A DNA stretch of 64,000 nt from Octopus sinensis (lineage: Eukaryota). How positions within the stretch are numbered: position 1 is the first letter of the stretch; each line of letters begins with the position of its first letter. The position numbers and the translations under genes were made by a program. The DNA lies in NCBI RefSeq assembly GCF_006345805.1, contig NC_043006.1, forward strand, positions 101,556,001 through 101,620,000, given 5' to 3'. Below are positions 37,036 to 50,444 of this stretch, one piece after another. The notes beneath the pieces are model-generated. The model did no database searches. It saw only the letters and a program-made list of their open reading frames with translations, and was not told the DNA's origin.

Positions 37036-37317
37036 GCTCCAGTCCTCAAATACTTGGCTTTTTGAGCACAGGTTCACAGCTTTAATAAAGCTTAATTGAA
37101 GATATAAAAAAAAAACATCTAAAAAGATATAAAAATCTCAATAAAAGACATACAAATGAAAAGAATGCAAAATTTGTATCTAGCAAAGTGAAAAATGATA
37201 TGCAGTTGTGTTTGTCAAGTATCCAGTGTCAGATTGCTGAAATTTGTCAAAAACATCAGGAACAAGTTTCCTTCTATCAGCATCATTGATGCTCTTTTTT
37301 TCACTTTTTGTCTTTGT

Positions 37318-37515
37318 GTTTTTAATCCTCCATCATTTAAGGCCATATTTGGCCCAGATGTTCTACCTGTTTTATGTTTAAACTGGCCTAATATGTCACT
37401 CAGAAATAAATAAATTCTCATCTTGAAACCAAAAGATAATGCATGATAAATTCAAAAATATTGTGAATAAAAAATAAAATCACATTTCATTGCGTAATCT
37501 AAATGCTAAAGGCAT
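37318..37515. mobile_element. TTAA/piggyBac-like MITE, decayed
   Basis: ttaatcctccatcatttaaggcc..aaactggcc..taaatgctaaagg; homologous to 20419. Confidence 0.6.
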
Positions 37516-38123
37516 ATAAATGTTTGAACATTTGTTATGTAATGTATTTTGTTGTAATATATCTCTCTTTACCTTTCTTAGTCCAGCTTCTATATTTATA
37601 TGACTGCTACACAAAAAGGATGCAATGGAGCTGGGTGTGGATAGGAAGGGTTAGGATAGAAATGGGATGCTGTCTTATGTTGGTCACATTATTAAATGTG
37701 CTGCAAAATAAAGAAGATAAAAGTTTTAGGACATCTGAGTTAGGATAATATGTCATATTTTATTTGTTTTGAGAGGGATTTAGCTGTTATTACTTGCAAC
37801 ATAAGTGGCTGCATAGAGGTTTCCTCATTGACTCGTGTCTGATGATGTATTTCACACCAAGTGGTCTACTTGCTATATGTGTCATGATCAATATGAAATA
37901 CACACATACATGCTCTCAGTAGATACATGGACAATACAAAACCTTCCATGGAAACAGCTTTGTATAGTTCAACCAGTGAAAGAATCTTTGTATAATTATT
38001 TCACCTGCTAGAAAAAGTACAGGTTCAGTCCCAGAGTGCGACACTTTGGGCAGATATCTTCTGCTATAGCTTTGGGCCAACTAAAGTCTGAGTGAATTTG
38101 GCAGATAAAAACTGAAAGAAATC

Positions 38124-38161
<38 letters not shown>

Positions 38162-38172
38162 TGTGTGTGTGG

Positions 38173-38205
<33 letters not shown>

Positions 38206-38989
38206 TTAATTTTTTAGACTAATGGGTATATGTCAATTAGTGTGTTGAGTAATGCACGTTCAGTTTGGTAGAAGGGCTTGAAATGATCGTTGTATTGAAT
38301 AAAGACTAGTACCAAATCAATTTTCCATTTCCTTCAGTTAATATTATTACACATGCATGCACACACACACACGTGTCTGTGTGTGTGTATTGTCACCACC
38401 ATCCCAGTTATTTATACGATGTGTTCAATTGACTACAAATTCATGTCCTTTGGAAATGTTTATAACCACTGTTAATGGTACTACCTCTTCTGGTGTTACT
38501 ATAGGTACAGCTATATCTTGACTCTTATCTAAATTTGGAAGAGTTAAATTACATAAGTTAAGAAGACATTATTATTCAAAGTAGATACTGGTGAGTGTTG
38601 TCAGCTTTGTAAAGGAGAATTCCATGGCAACAAGATCTGCAGGAAACATTGTAAATGTTGCCTGCAGCTCCAGACTTGAATATGACCAAATAATTTTAAT
38701 ACATTGTTGTCACAGTAGTAATAGCTTTTCTGCTAATTCATCCGAGGTGGAGAAACAGTATTCATGACTTTTGTAGGCCCTCCTAGACTGGGTGAAATCA
38801 ATTAATGTCAATATTCAGTTCTGGCTTCTTCTGTTGGAAAAGTGTGAGTTGGTAAAAAAAAACACAAAAAAAACTATAATTTTAGAAAGGAATGGTTAAT
38901 GAAAATATTTAATACAGATTAGGCATGGGACATAGTCAGAGATGGGTGTCTCAGGTGGAATGAGGTGAATGTTAAATGCAGTTTGCTAA

Positions 38990-39270
38990 ATAAGAGGAGA
39001 GATGTGACATATTGCTGTACTCAAGAAGACCTGTCCACCACAACCAAAGTGAGATTCTAAAATCAAGGTGCCCTGTAGAAAGCACTGGTGTGGGTGCTTG
39101 TGCCATGTAAAAAGCACCCAGTGCACTCTGGAGTGGTTGGTGTGAAGAATGGTAGAAACCAAGCCGAAACAGACTATGCAATGTGGTATGGCCTCTGGCC
39201 TTACCAATTCCTGTCAAGCCTTCCAGCATGGAAAACAGGAGTCAAGTGTTGTGATGATGATGATAATGAT
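38990..39270. mobile_element. Interspersed repeat family D, opposite orientation to 57485
   Basis: gtaaaaagcaccca..ggagtggttggtgt..gtagaaacc..ccagcatggaaaac..gatgatgatg. Confidence 0.72.
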
Positions 39271-39506
39271 GAAGAGGACCAAGCGCTATTGCTGCAGCAG
39301 TAGTAGAACAACAAAAAATTAAGAAATAAACCTTCTTGTCTGTAATCCATTTGTTGTAGTGAAGTAGAGAGTGAATCTTTGCAACACAATCAAATGGCCT
39401 TCTTTTAGGTGTGTGTGTATGTGTGTGTAGTTTTTTTTGTTATGGTCACCTATTTTCATTTTTGTTGCATAATTGTATTTTGCTTGAAGTTCTCTCATGG
39501 AGTTTC

Positions 39507-40028
39507 TAAATTAGCCTTTTAGCATTACTCTTAAATGTAAAGCTTATTTGTTCACATTGATTTGAATTAATTATGCATTATCTCATAATTTCAAGATTTT
39601 AATAATATAATTATTTATTTTAAGAATGATATTTTTGGGTAGGTGTAAGAAGCCAGATCTAGCTGGTTTGAACACAAAACATTGAATATTCGGGCTGGAT
39701 AAGGTTTGTTTAAATTCTAAATGGTTAAAGGAAATTATGTTTGTGCTTTTCATGAAGTCAAATGACTTCAGATTGGGATTAAACTATTATCCATACCCAG
39801 TTTGTTGAGATGTAACTATGTCATTGCTTTTCCCCTGTTTGTTTAACCTTTTAGCATTCAAATAACTCTGCCAAATATAATGCTTATTTATAAACATTGC
39901 TTTGAATTAATCATGCATTATCTCATAGCTTCAAGATTTTGATGATGTAATTGTATATTTCTAGAATGGCATTGTAGGGTAAGTGTAAGAGGCTGAATCT
40001 GGCCAGTTTGAACCTAACACAAGGGTTA
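39507..40028. mobile_element. Two TTAA/piggyBac-like MITE copies (39507-39727, 39843-40028)
   Basis: ccttttagcatt starts; shared gaattaat.atgcattatctcata..tcaagatttt; ends ..ggttaa / aagggttaa. Confidence 0.7.
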
Positions 40029-40719
40029 ACAAGGAATGTTTGGCTGGTGACAACAGTCTCTTTACATCTTTAATATTTTTTATTCCCAAACCTTGTGAGT
40101 GGATTTGGTAGACAGAAACTGAAATCTTATTTTCTATACATCTTTGTGTGTGTGAGAGAGAGAGGAGGAGGAGAGAGAAATATAGTGTGTGTGAGAGAGA
40201 GAGAGAGAGAAATACAGTGTGTGAGAGAGAGAAAGAGAGAGAAAAAAAGTGTGTGTGTGTGCTCATGCATGCATATATGTGTTTGTTCACATTTATGCTT
40301 CTCCGAAAATCACGGAACTACCCACACCAGTTCTCTTGTCAACAAGTCTTCTGCTGCCTTTGCACCCCTGAAGACATGTGGTATAAGTAATCCCTTACTT
40401 GAAAAAGAGGTATGGGTCAGTAATATGAATGGCATTCAGCTATAAACCAATATCTCAATAATATAGTCATCTAATCCATGCTACCATGGAAAACATGGAC
40501 GTAAAAATGAAGCAAATTAATGTTAATGAACTTGCATCAGCTTAACTCTCCCTACAGGTTGCTCTCTAAAACTACTTATTTTATGAATCCTTCTGGTCTG
40601 CATGGTCCAGTACTTATCTCTAGTTTCTGTACCATTAAGACAGATGAAGTAAACCTTTATCTGCGGCGGTGCTCCAGCATGGCCACAGTCAAATGACTGA
40701 AACAAGTAAAAGAGTATAG

Positions 40720-40945
40720 GATGTGGGCGCTGGTGCCATGTAAAAAGCACTGGTGCTGGGGGTCATGTAAAAGCACCCAATATACTCTGTAAAGTGGTTG
40801 GTGTTAGGAAGGGCATCCAGCTGCAGAAACCAAGCCAAAACAGATTATGGAACCTGATGTGGCCCCTGGCCTTGCCAGTTCCTGTCCAGCCATCCAACTT
40901 ACATGAGCATGGAAGACAGTCATTAGATGATGATGATGATGATGA
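40720..40945. mobile_element. Interspersed repeat family D, opposite orientation
   Basis: ggtgccatgtaaaaagcac..gtggttggtgttaggaagggcatccagctg..gatgatgatg. Confidence 0.78.
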
Positions 40946-41734
40946 TTTATCACAAACAGATTCCTTTTTCTACACAAAGAACTGAACTTGACACTGCTAA
41001 ACAATCTTTTGATTGCATTACAATATCGACCTAACTTTAAGCATGTAGACAAGGCCACTTGAGAGTGCAGTATGTTGGCCACAAACACAGTGCAATACCA
41101 AGGACTAGACATCTACTACTGGTACTTAGTCTGGTTGTCAACAACCCTCAGCTATTGTCTGCTTGAAATCATATGAAATTTTTGTTTTTCAAAATAGTCA
41201 GCAATGCTTGATAGAACCAATGGGATTCTATTGAGAATGACTACAGCTAAAATAATAATTCCATTATTAGATTCTTAACAAAGCTGATGTTAGCAAGTAT
41301 TGCTTAGGTGTTTCATTTATCTGTTCTTTTGTCTTAGCCTACTTGGTCAAAAATGGCTTATTCTCTTGAACCCCAGCTTAATGATTTAAACATTTTTTTT
41401 ACATGACGGAGGCAATATGGAATAAGAACATTTTCTTCTTCTTTTTAGATAGAATTAAAACTTATTACTCCCTCTTCTTCATTCCTAAAAACAAACAAAA
41501 CGGTAATCCTTTCTACTTTTAAGGAAAACTTAAAGTAGTGGGGTTAAGTTGATTTACATCAACCCCAATGTTCAACTAGTACTTATTTAATCAAACCCTA
41601 AAGAGATAAAAGGCGAAGTTGGCCCAAGGCTGCCCTCTATAATAGCAAACCTTTAATCAAAAATTCTTTTACAATAACTGGTATACTTTTGAGCTGTATC
41701 TTTCCCTTGTTTCTAATGCTTCTGCCACTAGTGG

Positions 41735-41950
41735 AGGTACGTGGCTTAGTGGTTAGGGTGCATGACTCATTGTGGTTTTGTTTCCTGGACCAAGCAATGC
41801 ATCATGTTCATGAGCAGAGCACTTCATTTCACATTGCTCCAGTCCACTCAGCTGGCAAAAATGAATAATCCTGCAACAGACTGGGGAATCTAAAAGCCAT
41901 GAAACTGGGAAACCAGCTCTTGTGAGTCAGCATGATTTGAGAACATAACT
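41735..41950 (+). mobile_element. tRNA-derived SINE, body type 2 with tail Y-like end
   Basis: ggaggtacgtggcttagtggttaggg head; cacttcatttcacattgctccagtccactcagctggcaaaaatga body. Confidence 0.72.
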
Positions 41951-43295
41951 TTACATTATCTTTACCTGCTGCCACTACCAAAACCTGCACCGCCCCCACC
42001 CTAATAGACAAATTAAATTTTCCTTGTTCTTCTATATCTAAAACCCACCTGATGTATCTGCCACTAGTCAAGCCTTATCCAGAACACACATCATCAATTG
42101 TATTCCCCAGATCTTATATCCCACTGGATCTTCCTTCCTGTTCATGCTTCCTTCCTGTTCATGTCTTTCTTCCAAATACTAGCATTCAATAATTCCTACC
42201 AAATCTTGACTGCATCTAATGAAGGAGGCACAGGCCCTATACGGCAGACTAATTTACATTTAATAATATATATCATATAAAAATTACAAGTCAAGAGATA
42301 TAATTTTCAATTAAAGACAATATTAATTTTTAGACATTTCAATTTATAATTTAATATTTTGTTAGAATATTTTTTCCCCTTTACTGTTTTAAATTTTCCT
42401 GTATTCCACTTGCTTTCTCTTACTCTTCATTGGAATCAGAATTTGTTTTAACATATTAACTGTTTTATTTTTTTTTTTTAGAATTCATTTGTAGATTTTT
42501 GCCTACATATTTGTTTGATCATAATCAATAACTTTTTTTTTAATATCTGAATAACTTTATTCAAAGAAGAACAAAGCAGAATATGATTTTTTTTTCCAAC
42601 ATCAAAAAAAAAAAAATCCCCTTTGAATCGTAAAAATAAAATTACTAAAGATATCTTTGAAAGATAACTTGTGCATATATATATATGTGTGTGTGTGTAT
42701 ACATTTGGATATATTTGGATATATGTGTGTGTTAACCACACAAACACACAGGCACATACAGAAACACATGTGTACATACGCGTTGACTGGAAAATTCATA
42801 AAATGCAACATAAAAGTTGATGGTTTTACTTTGTGCTTGAACTGTGAGACATTTTTGCTTTGTGATGTAGGTTTGGTAAGTGAGGAACAAGAAATGGTTC
42901 TGCATTAATCAGATTGGTGGTGGAGAGGAGCACTGGATCCAAATACTTAAGATATACTACTCACTTTCCTTACAGTGGAAAAGACAGAAGGACGAGAGAA
43001 TGTATGTTTTGTAAAACAAGAGAGAGATAGAAATATAGATAGATAGAAAGATAAAGAGAGAGAGAGAAAGAGAAAACCAGAGCACATGTGTTAAAACAAT
43101 GAGTGCTGGAAGTGAAAGTTGTTGGCAGCTCAATGTTTTCTCTAGTGCCACCATTTCAAATTGAATTATTGAGAAACATGGGAAACTGGGGAAATAGTTG
43201 AATAAAGATTGGAAAGAAAAACTTGTACAATACGTTTCTCCTAACACCTATAGAAGTTGACATAAGTCATTCAATAATAAAATGTACACATCTAA

Positions 43296-43339
<44 letters not shown>

Positions 43340-43689
43340 CACACACATGCACACACAGTGATGGAGATTTATGTAAATTATTGCTTAGAAATGACCGATG
43401 ATAAAAGAAACAAGCCATGCTAGAAGTCAAAGCAAGATATTTCATAGCTCTACCTAGCGTACATATTCTATCACCTTGATCAGATATTGCATAAGTCTTC
43501 TGATAGTCATTCTTCTATTGCTTCTATGAAACATTCTTTCACCTGGTGCTGGTTTATTTTATTGTTGTTGAAACTTTTCAGATTGTGTGCGTATGCGTGC
43601 ATCATATGTGTTTGTGTTCATCCATCTGTCTGTCTGTCCCTCTCTGTGCGATTGTTAGTGTTTGCTTGTTTAGGTTACTCTTTTTCTCT

Positions 43690-44088
43690 TTTTTTCTTTT
43701 TACTTGTTTCAGTCATTTGACTGCGGCCATGCTGGGGCACCGCCTTTAGTCGAGCAAATCGACCCCGGGACTTATTCTTTTGTAAGCCCAGTACTTATTC
43801 TATCGGTCTCTTTTGCCGAACCGCAAAGTGACGGGGACGTAAACACACCAGCATCGGTTGTCAAGCAATGCTAGGGGAACAAACACAGACACACAAACAT
43901 ATTCACACACACTTATATATACATATATACGACAGGCTTCTTTCAGTTTCCGTCTACCAAATCCACTCACAAGGCATTGGTCGGCCCGGGGCTATAGCAG
44001 AAGACACTTGCCCAAGATGCCACGCAGTGGGACTGAACCCGGAACCATGTGGTTGGTTAGCAAGCTACTTACCAAACAGCCACTCCTG
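43690..44088 (-). mobile_element. tRNA-derived SINE family A (young)
   Basis: Near-identical to 52113-52573; CpGs retained. Confidence 0.93.
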
Positions 44089-44579
44089 GTTGTTGATTTT
44101 CATTTCTCTTGTGTTTTGTTTTCTTTTTTTCTAAGTATTTTTTTGTTAACTATTTCCACTCTTCTTGCCTCGTCACCATCATAACATCACCATAACAAAC
44201 ATCACTTCACAACCCACACCAAACAGCATCATCCCCACTAATTCCACCATTATCATCACCAGCTCTACCAACACTACCAATGAGATCAGTGTCATTATGA
44301 CTATCACTGTGACAACCACTACCACTACTATCATCACCATCATCACTTCTACAACCATCACCATCATCACTACTGAACCAATGAAGTAAAATCTATGCAG
44401 TAGTTCAACCTGCTAGAAATAGCAGCCATGTTCCTAGAAACCATGCTGTACTATCTTAGGAAAAGAGAGGCATGTGGACAATGCCTTTGACCATAATTCT
44501 GCTCAGCCAGGGTTGGTCTGGGATATACAACAGCAATAACAACACCATTACTACCACTACCATCATCATCATCACCATT

Positions 44580-44891
44580 TTTTTTACACCCTTTTCAAGC
44601 CTAGCCAGGCTCATGGGCCCGGTTTCCTGGTTTCTGTCGCGTATGTGTTCCCCTCAGCTGGACGGGATGCCAGTCCATCGCAGCGTTACTCAAGAAACAG
44701 GAAGAGAGAGATGAAGAGAAAGTTGTGGCGAAGGCGTACAACAGTGTTCGCCACCACCCCTTGCCGGAGCCTCGTGGAGCTTTTAGGTGTTTTCGCTCAA
44801 TAAACACACACAACGCCTGGTCTGGGAATCGAAACCGCGATCCTCCAACCGAGAGTCCGTTACCCTAACCACTGGGCCATTGCGCCTCCAC
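44580..44891 (-). mobile_element. tRNA-derived SINE, body type 1 with tail Y, 11-bp TSD
   Basis: Head ggaggcgcaatggcccagtggttaggg..ggtttcgattccc (A/B boxes); TSD tcatcaccatt at 44569-44579 and 44893-44903. Confidence 0.92.
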
Positions 44892-45556
44892 GTCATCACC
44901 ATTACCATGGTCATAAACCATATTGTTTTTTTTTTATTATGTCTTTTGTATGGTGTTGTTATTAATCTCTCTTAACACAGTCAAATGTTTCTTCATTCAT
45001 GCTGTCTCTCTCTCTAGTCAACCTAACACTCATGCTCTGGCTACAGCAGAAATACTATAGAAGCTTAGTTGTTAATTTACTCTTTCTTTGCAGGAGACAC
45101 TAATCTTAAATGTACAGCTTTCAATATAAGTTTAATCTTTCTCAAATTCCTAGTAGCCTATTGTCTGCTTCATTTGTAATTTTCTTATTTTTCTTATTTT
45201 TGTCATCACCCTGGTGTCGAGGTTGGTAAACATTAAACTCATAAATAATTATATAAGTCTGCTTATGCTTGATTATTACCTTAAAAAGGAACCACTCTTA
45301 TCTATCAATTTGTCTATTAATGTATCAATCTATATGTCTCTCTCACTGTCCATCTGTTTTTTTTTTTGGTGCTCTGTGTACCAGTAAATCTTGTGCTTCT
45401 CTTGGTATGTGTCTATTTAAATGCCTCTTAGGCAATGTATCTGTTAGTCTCTCTACTTGTCTGCTTATCTCACTGTCTCTTTCTCAGCCTCGGTTCTGTA
45501 TCTTTGGATCTTATAAACTTTCTCCTTGTCTGTCTTCTTTCTTTCTCTTCTTTTCT

Positions 45557-45604
<48 letters not shown>

Positions 45605-45864
45605 TCCATATAGCTATAGGTTTGATTCATCATCATCATCACTCTCATCTTCATTTTACTGCCCATTTTTCTATGCAAGCATGGGTTGGAAAGATATTAT
45701 TGAAGCAGATCTTCTGAAGTTGGATACCCTTCCTACCACAAATACTTACCCGTTTCCATGCAAAGTAATATTTCCCCATGTCCAGACATGTTTTTGCAGA
45801 ATATTGGAAATGAAGGGTATTGCTTGAATGACTGGCAATCATTTATGTCACACAATGTCAAACG

Positions 45865-45911
<47 letters not shown>

Positions 45912-46424
45912 TCACACACTGGGCTTGCCTTCATTTTGGTGTACTTAATTTATTTCCAAGGCTTTGTTGGACTGGGACTATAATAAAGACACTTGCCTAA
46001 GATGCCACACAGCAGGACTGAACTTGGGACCTTGTTGTTGGGAATCAAACTTCTTACTGCATGGCCAAACCTGCAACTACTGTTATATAAATACTAACAA
46101 CTGGAGCAACATAAAATGATGTACTTTACTCTAGAACATAACATGTTACCAGGTTGAGAAATTGAACCCATGAGCTTATAATTGTGAGTCCAAAACCTTA
46201 ACCACTTGGCTACATGCCTTGACATATTCATGTAACAGCACATATGCACACACTGAGACACGAAGCAGTGTATAAACACAGCTATGTATCTGCACTTTAT
46301 ATATACACTTCATAATTTTGTTGCTTCTATTTACTTCTGGAACTTTCTAATGTGTTAATAGAATAGTAATCAACTTTGAGTAATATGATCTTATGGGTAG
46401 AATTATGAAGCAATGGTTTCTAAT

Positions 46425-46600
46425 TTTGGCACAAGATGAGCAGTTTTTGAGAGGAGATTCTCAAGTTAGTTACAATGCTCCCAGTATTTGACTGGGACTT
46501 ATTTCATCATCCCTGAAAGGATGAATAGAGAAGTTGGTCTTGGCGGAATTTGGACTCAGAATGAATGTAAAGACAGACAAAATGCTGCTGAGCATCTTAG
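46425..46600 (-). mobile_element. SINE family B, decayed
   Basis: ccctgaaaggatgaatagagaagttgg..ggcggaatttggactcaga..aaatgctgctgagc. Confidence 0.7.
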
Positions 46601-47179
46601 AGTTATGAAACCTAATGAACATTAAGTGTATTATTACTGTCAGAGAAAAATATTACATCATTATAATGATTCAAAATTCTTAATTGCACATCAGTTAACT
46701 TAGTCAATAAATATAACTTTATGCCATTCGAAATATGGTCACGCACACAAACACTTAGTTGGTTCTCATGTGAAATGACTATTATGCTTAATCATCGAGG
46801 ACAAATGTGTGCATTATACACAAATAAAAACTGTAAGTAAAAGCCTTGTGATGCTCCTGTTGCTATTTATGACCCTCCTTGTTTCCAACACTCATGCTTG
46901 ACATCTTTGTCAACTGAAGATGACAGAGCATTTTAGTTCTTGTGTTTCACTATATTGGAATATTCTTCTTGTTGAACTCTAATCCTTTAGCTTGGTTTAA
47001 TATCTTCAGATGCCCAGCCATTACTTCTTACAATGATTTCTACATTTTAGTTGCGTGACTTTCTGGTTAAAATGTTCACTTTGCAACCATGCAATTCCTG
47101 CTTCAGATATGTTGTAGAACATCTTGGCATATGCCTTCTAATTTATGTGTGTGTGTATGTGTGCGTGTGTGTATGTATA

Positions 47180-47339
47180 TAGGCATGGCTATGCAGTAAG
47201 AAGCTTGCTTCTCAACCACATGGTTCCGGGTTCAGTCCCACTGCATGGCACCTTGAGCAATTGTCCTACCATACCTTCAGCCTACTGACTCCCTGTGAGT
47301 AGATTTGTTAGATGGAAACTGATAGAAAGCCATTGCAAG

Positions 47340-47345
<6 letters not shown>
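47180..47345 (+). mobile_element. SINE family A head
   Basis: ggcatggctatgcagtaagaagcttgcttctcaaccacatggttccgggttcagtcccactgcatggcacc. Confidence 0.8.
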
Positions 47346-47370
<25 letters not shown>

Positions 47371-48239
47371 TGTTCCAGGCCAACCCATGTCCTGTGCATA
47401 AATCTGGTAAACAGCTACTGTGTGGAAACCCATTGTGTGTTTGTGAGTAACAGAACAAAGGCATGAACATGCAGACAACTGGTGTAAAATCTGATTATGA
47501 CATATTTTTTCTTAGACAACATACAGAAAGGGTCTATCTATCTGTCTGTCTGTCTATCTTGATCATTCAACTACTACCGTAGCTGAATTATATATATATA
47601 TATATTTAAGTAGGTGAATGAATTATCCTAGTATGGATAATTTGGTTAATCGATACCTGGGTAGCAAATTCACGTCAGAAAACATGGTTGAAGCTACATG
47701 CCAAGGGCAGAAACCCTGTGTTCTTGCGTGGAAATTTGTGTTTTTTTTATATGAATAAATGAAAGAATGGAGTTGGACAAAGATTTTAACAAAATTCCTT
47801 TACTCTCAACACATGTTTCGAAGACTGCATACTCTATATATTTAAAGACTATTTGCCAACATAATGTGGCTGTCCTAGAAGGGATGATGTTGCTGTTGTT
47901 TAAACGCAGGAAATATAATTTCCTGCTGGCTATACAACACAATATCTGTGCCCTTATATTTTCAAACAGAGAGTTCAGCACTCACATCCAGTGCAAAACA
48001 ACATTTGTAGACTGGTTTCTGGGTTATTGCCCATTATCAACACAAAGGAGCTGCCTGGATAGGTTGCTGAATTCACCATTTGAATATATAGTCTTTCAAG
48101 AGTTAGAAATAATAATATTTCTATCTTATTAGATCAGTGATTGTGTGTCACTTTGAAAACTATATTATTCGAACAGTGAATTCAGCAATGCCACCTAGCC
48201 AAGCAGAGGATCTCTCAAAATTTTGGTATTGCCACTTAC

Positions 48240-48427
48240 AAGTGCAGTATCAATAATGCATGTAAACACCGTACACACAGTAACACCTGTGCTTGCAGAG
48301 TGGACTTGACTGACAGCTACAAGAATTTCATGTTGTCCTTCATAATTTTTCCTGCTTAAAGGAGGTGTTGGACCTTCAATTGCCAGAAAATCAGTACTGT
48401 ACCTATTTATAATTTCTTCTTCAGTCA
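48240..48427 (-). CDS. Candidate internal coding exon (188 nt, phase 1 to phase 0), product unknown
   Basis: Non-repetitive open frame TEEEIINRYSTDFLAIEGPTPPLSRKNYEGQHEILVAVSQVHSASTGVTVCTVFTCIIDTAL ends exactly at consensus donor CTT|GTAAGT. The acceptor (aag) is weak. Confidence 0.33.
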
Positions 48428-49500
48428 CTTGTAGTACAATTTATACTATTCATGCATTTGTTTCCAATCTTAATTTACAAAATAATTTGTAAAGAATTCA
48501 TCTAAATTTCATTATCACTTCTCCTTTTGACATATGTGTGTATGTAAATAAATAAGAAAGTGTGTGTATTTGTTTACATACACACATATATGTGTGAAGA
48601 TACAAAAATTTAAATAAATAAAAGAAGGAAAAGGAAAAAAAAATCAGAAAAGTTATGATTCTGAATTTTTAAATAATTATGAAATTCAAATGTATTTGGA
48701 TATTTTGTATAAATTTTAACATCTCAAAGAACACAACAACAAATAACACATTTAAATTAAAAACAAAATAAACAGTAAACTAAAGAAGTTCAATTACTTT
48801 TCTGCTTGTACATATAACTAATGGTAAATGTGTATTATATTTTTTAACCAATTTAACTTTGTGTCATTACTTGAGTCTAATGTCAAAATGTTACCATTTT
48901 CCCTTAACCAGATTTACTCTTTAAAAAGCATCTCCAAAACTGAATGCATCTGATTTCAATCTGAGAACAAAATAAAAATCTACTTTTTTCTTATTTTGGT
49001 ACTTTTTGTTATTGAATAGTACAACCAGATTTCTTCTCATCATTTGGTATTTTACTTTTATTCATTTTTTTTACACCCCCTGGCCGCCAATTAGAGTGTC
49101 TGCTAAAGCATCCTATATAGGAGTTAAAATTAGAGAAATTTGCAGCACAACAAGGAAAAGGAAGAGCGAATGAATGAATGTGTCTGTGAGTGCTTATTTC
49201 TTTCACTATATTTTCCTCAAGTTGATGTCTGGCTTGGTATTTATATACATTTATAGCTTGTTCTTCTATGAGATTTTCAGAAATTTATAGTATTTAAATT
49301 TATTATTCTTGTTTTATGGCAACTTGCATCATAAAAATGTGTTTTGTGCATTCACTTTCAGTGTATACATTTTCGAACATTATTAGTTAGGTGAGAATAT
49401 TCATTTGTGTGTGTGTGTAAGTAGTGTGTATAGGCAAATGATGTAAATATTTCATGTTTATATTTTTTTGATTAATGAAATGGTTTTTTTTTCCTTCTAG

Positions 49501-49809
49501 TATGTTGTGTAGTTAGTTAACCAATAGCAGTAGTAGTGTAACAACAGTGGAAAATAATAGTAATATAGTTGTTGCTATAAAATACAAAAAAAGAACTGCC
49601 GCAAGTCTTTTGAAATCTAGTGAGAATTCTGAAATTAAGAAATCCTGGAAAATACAATATTACATATGAGCAAAAAATAAATACATGAAAAACAAAACCC
49701 TCGATATTGACAGCATTACTACAACATCGATAAAATGTTTTAAAAGAAGAACGAAAAAGAAGAGGAAATAATTGAAATAGAAGCAGTTGACAAAATGAAG
49801 AGACATCAG
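49501..49809 (+). other. Candidate 5'UTR or first coding exon in a CpG-retaining zone
   Basis: Strong acceptor ttttttttccttctag (49500); donor CAG|GTAACA (49810); ATG AAG AGA CAT CAG at 49795 with an in-frame upstream stop; upstream donor TCT|GTGAGT at 49186. Confidence 0.25.
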
Positions 49810-50444
49810 GTAACAAACAAAAACTAAAACTTATTGAAGAAAAATCTTACACTCGATCTTCTAAATCAAAACATTGAAGCCTGCAATATCTCTGTAGTAT
49901 TATATTTTAAAGGAATACATTATTGTTTTTCTGCAAATCGCATTAGCAAAGCTGACAAGATGGTTTCTGAGCCTCTTTCTATAACCTATATTGGATAAAC
50001 CAATTGTCCATTCGCCTAGCCTTGTATGAATATCATTGTGTTTTGATTTTAAATATGCTTTGCAAGAATTTTGATCGAAGACTGAATGTTGAAACTAATA
50101 TTATTATATTTGGGAAGAGTCATAATTAATAAATTAATCAACACACTCACCAGCTGGTATCTGACTCGAATATATTTTACTTCTCTTCCTTTTTCCAGCA
50201 AAATTTTATTTTGGGGAATGTAAATGTCAAATGTTTTGGTGAGAGAAAGAAGTGAAATTTATTCTAAGACTAATGACCAATGAGTTTGTTTATAAGCTAT
50301 ATTAATTATTTCCAAATATATCAACATTATATATCATTTTTTTCTCAAGAAAAAACAAATAGAAGCTTTCTTACTTTTTTCTTGGTACACACACGAGCAC
50401 ACACACACACACACACACACACACTTTATAAGTGCATGGAAAAG

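Noticed and set aside
38775-38845. ALLDWVKSINV peptide reminiscent of a calponin-homology helix
   Set aside because: Similarity limited to ~8 residues; no supporting neighbouring exons.
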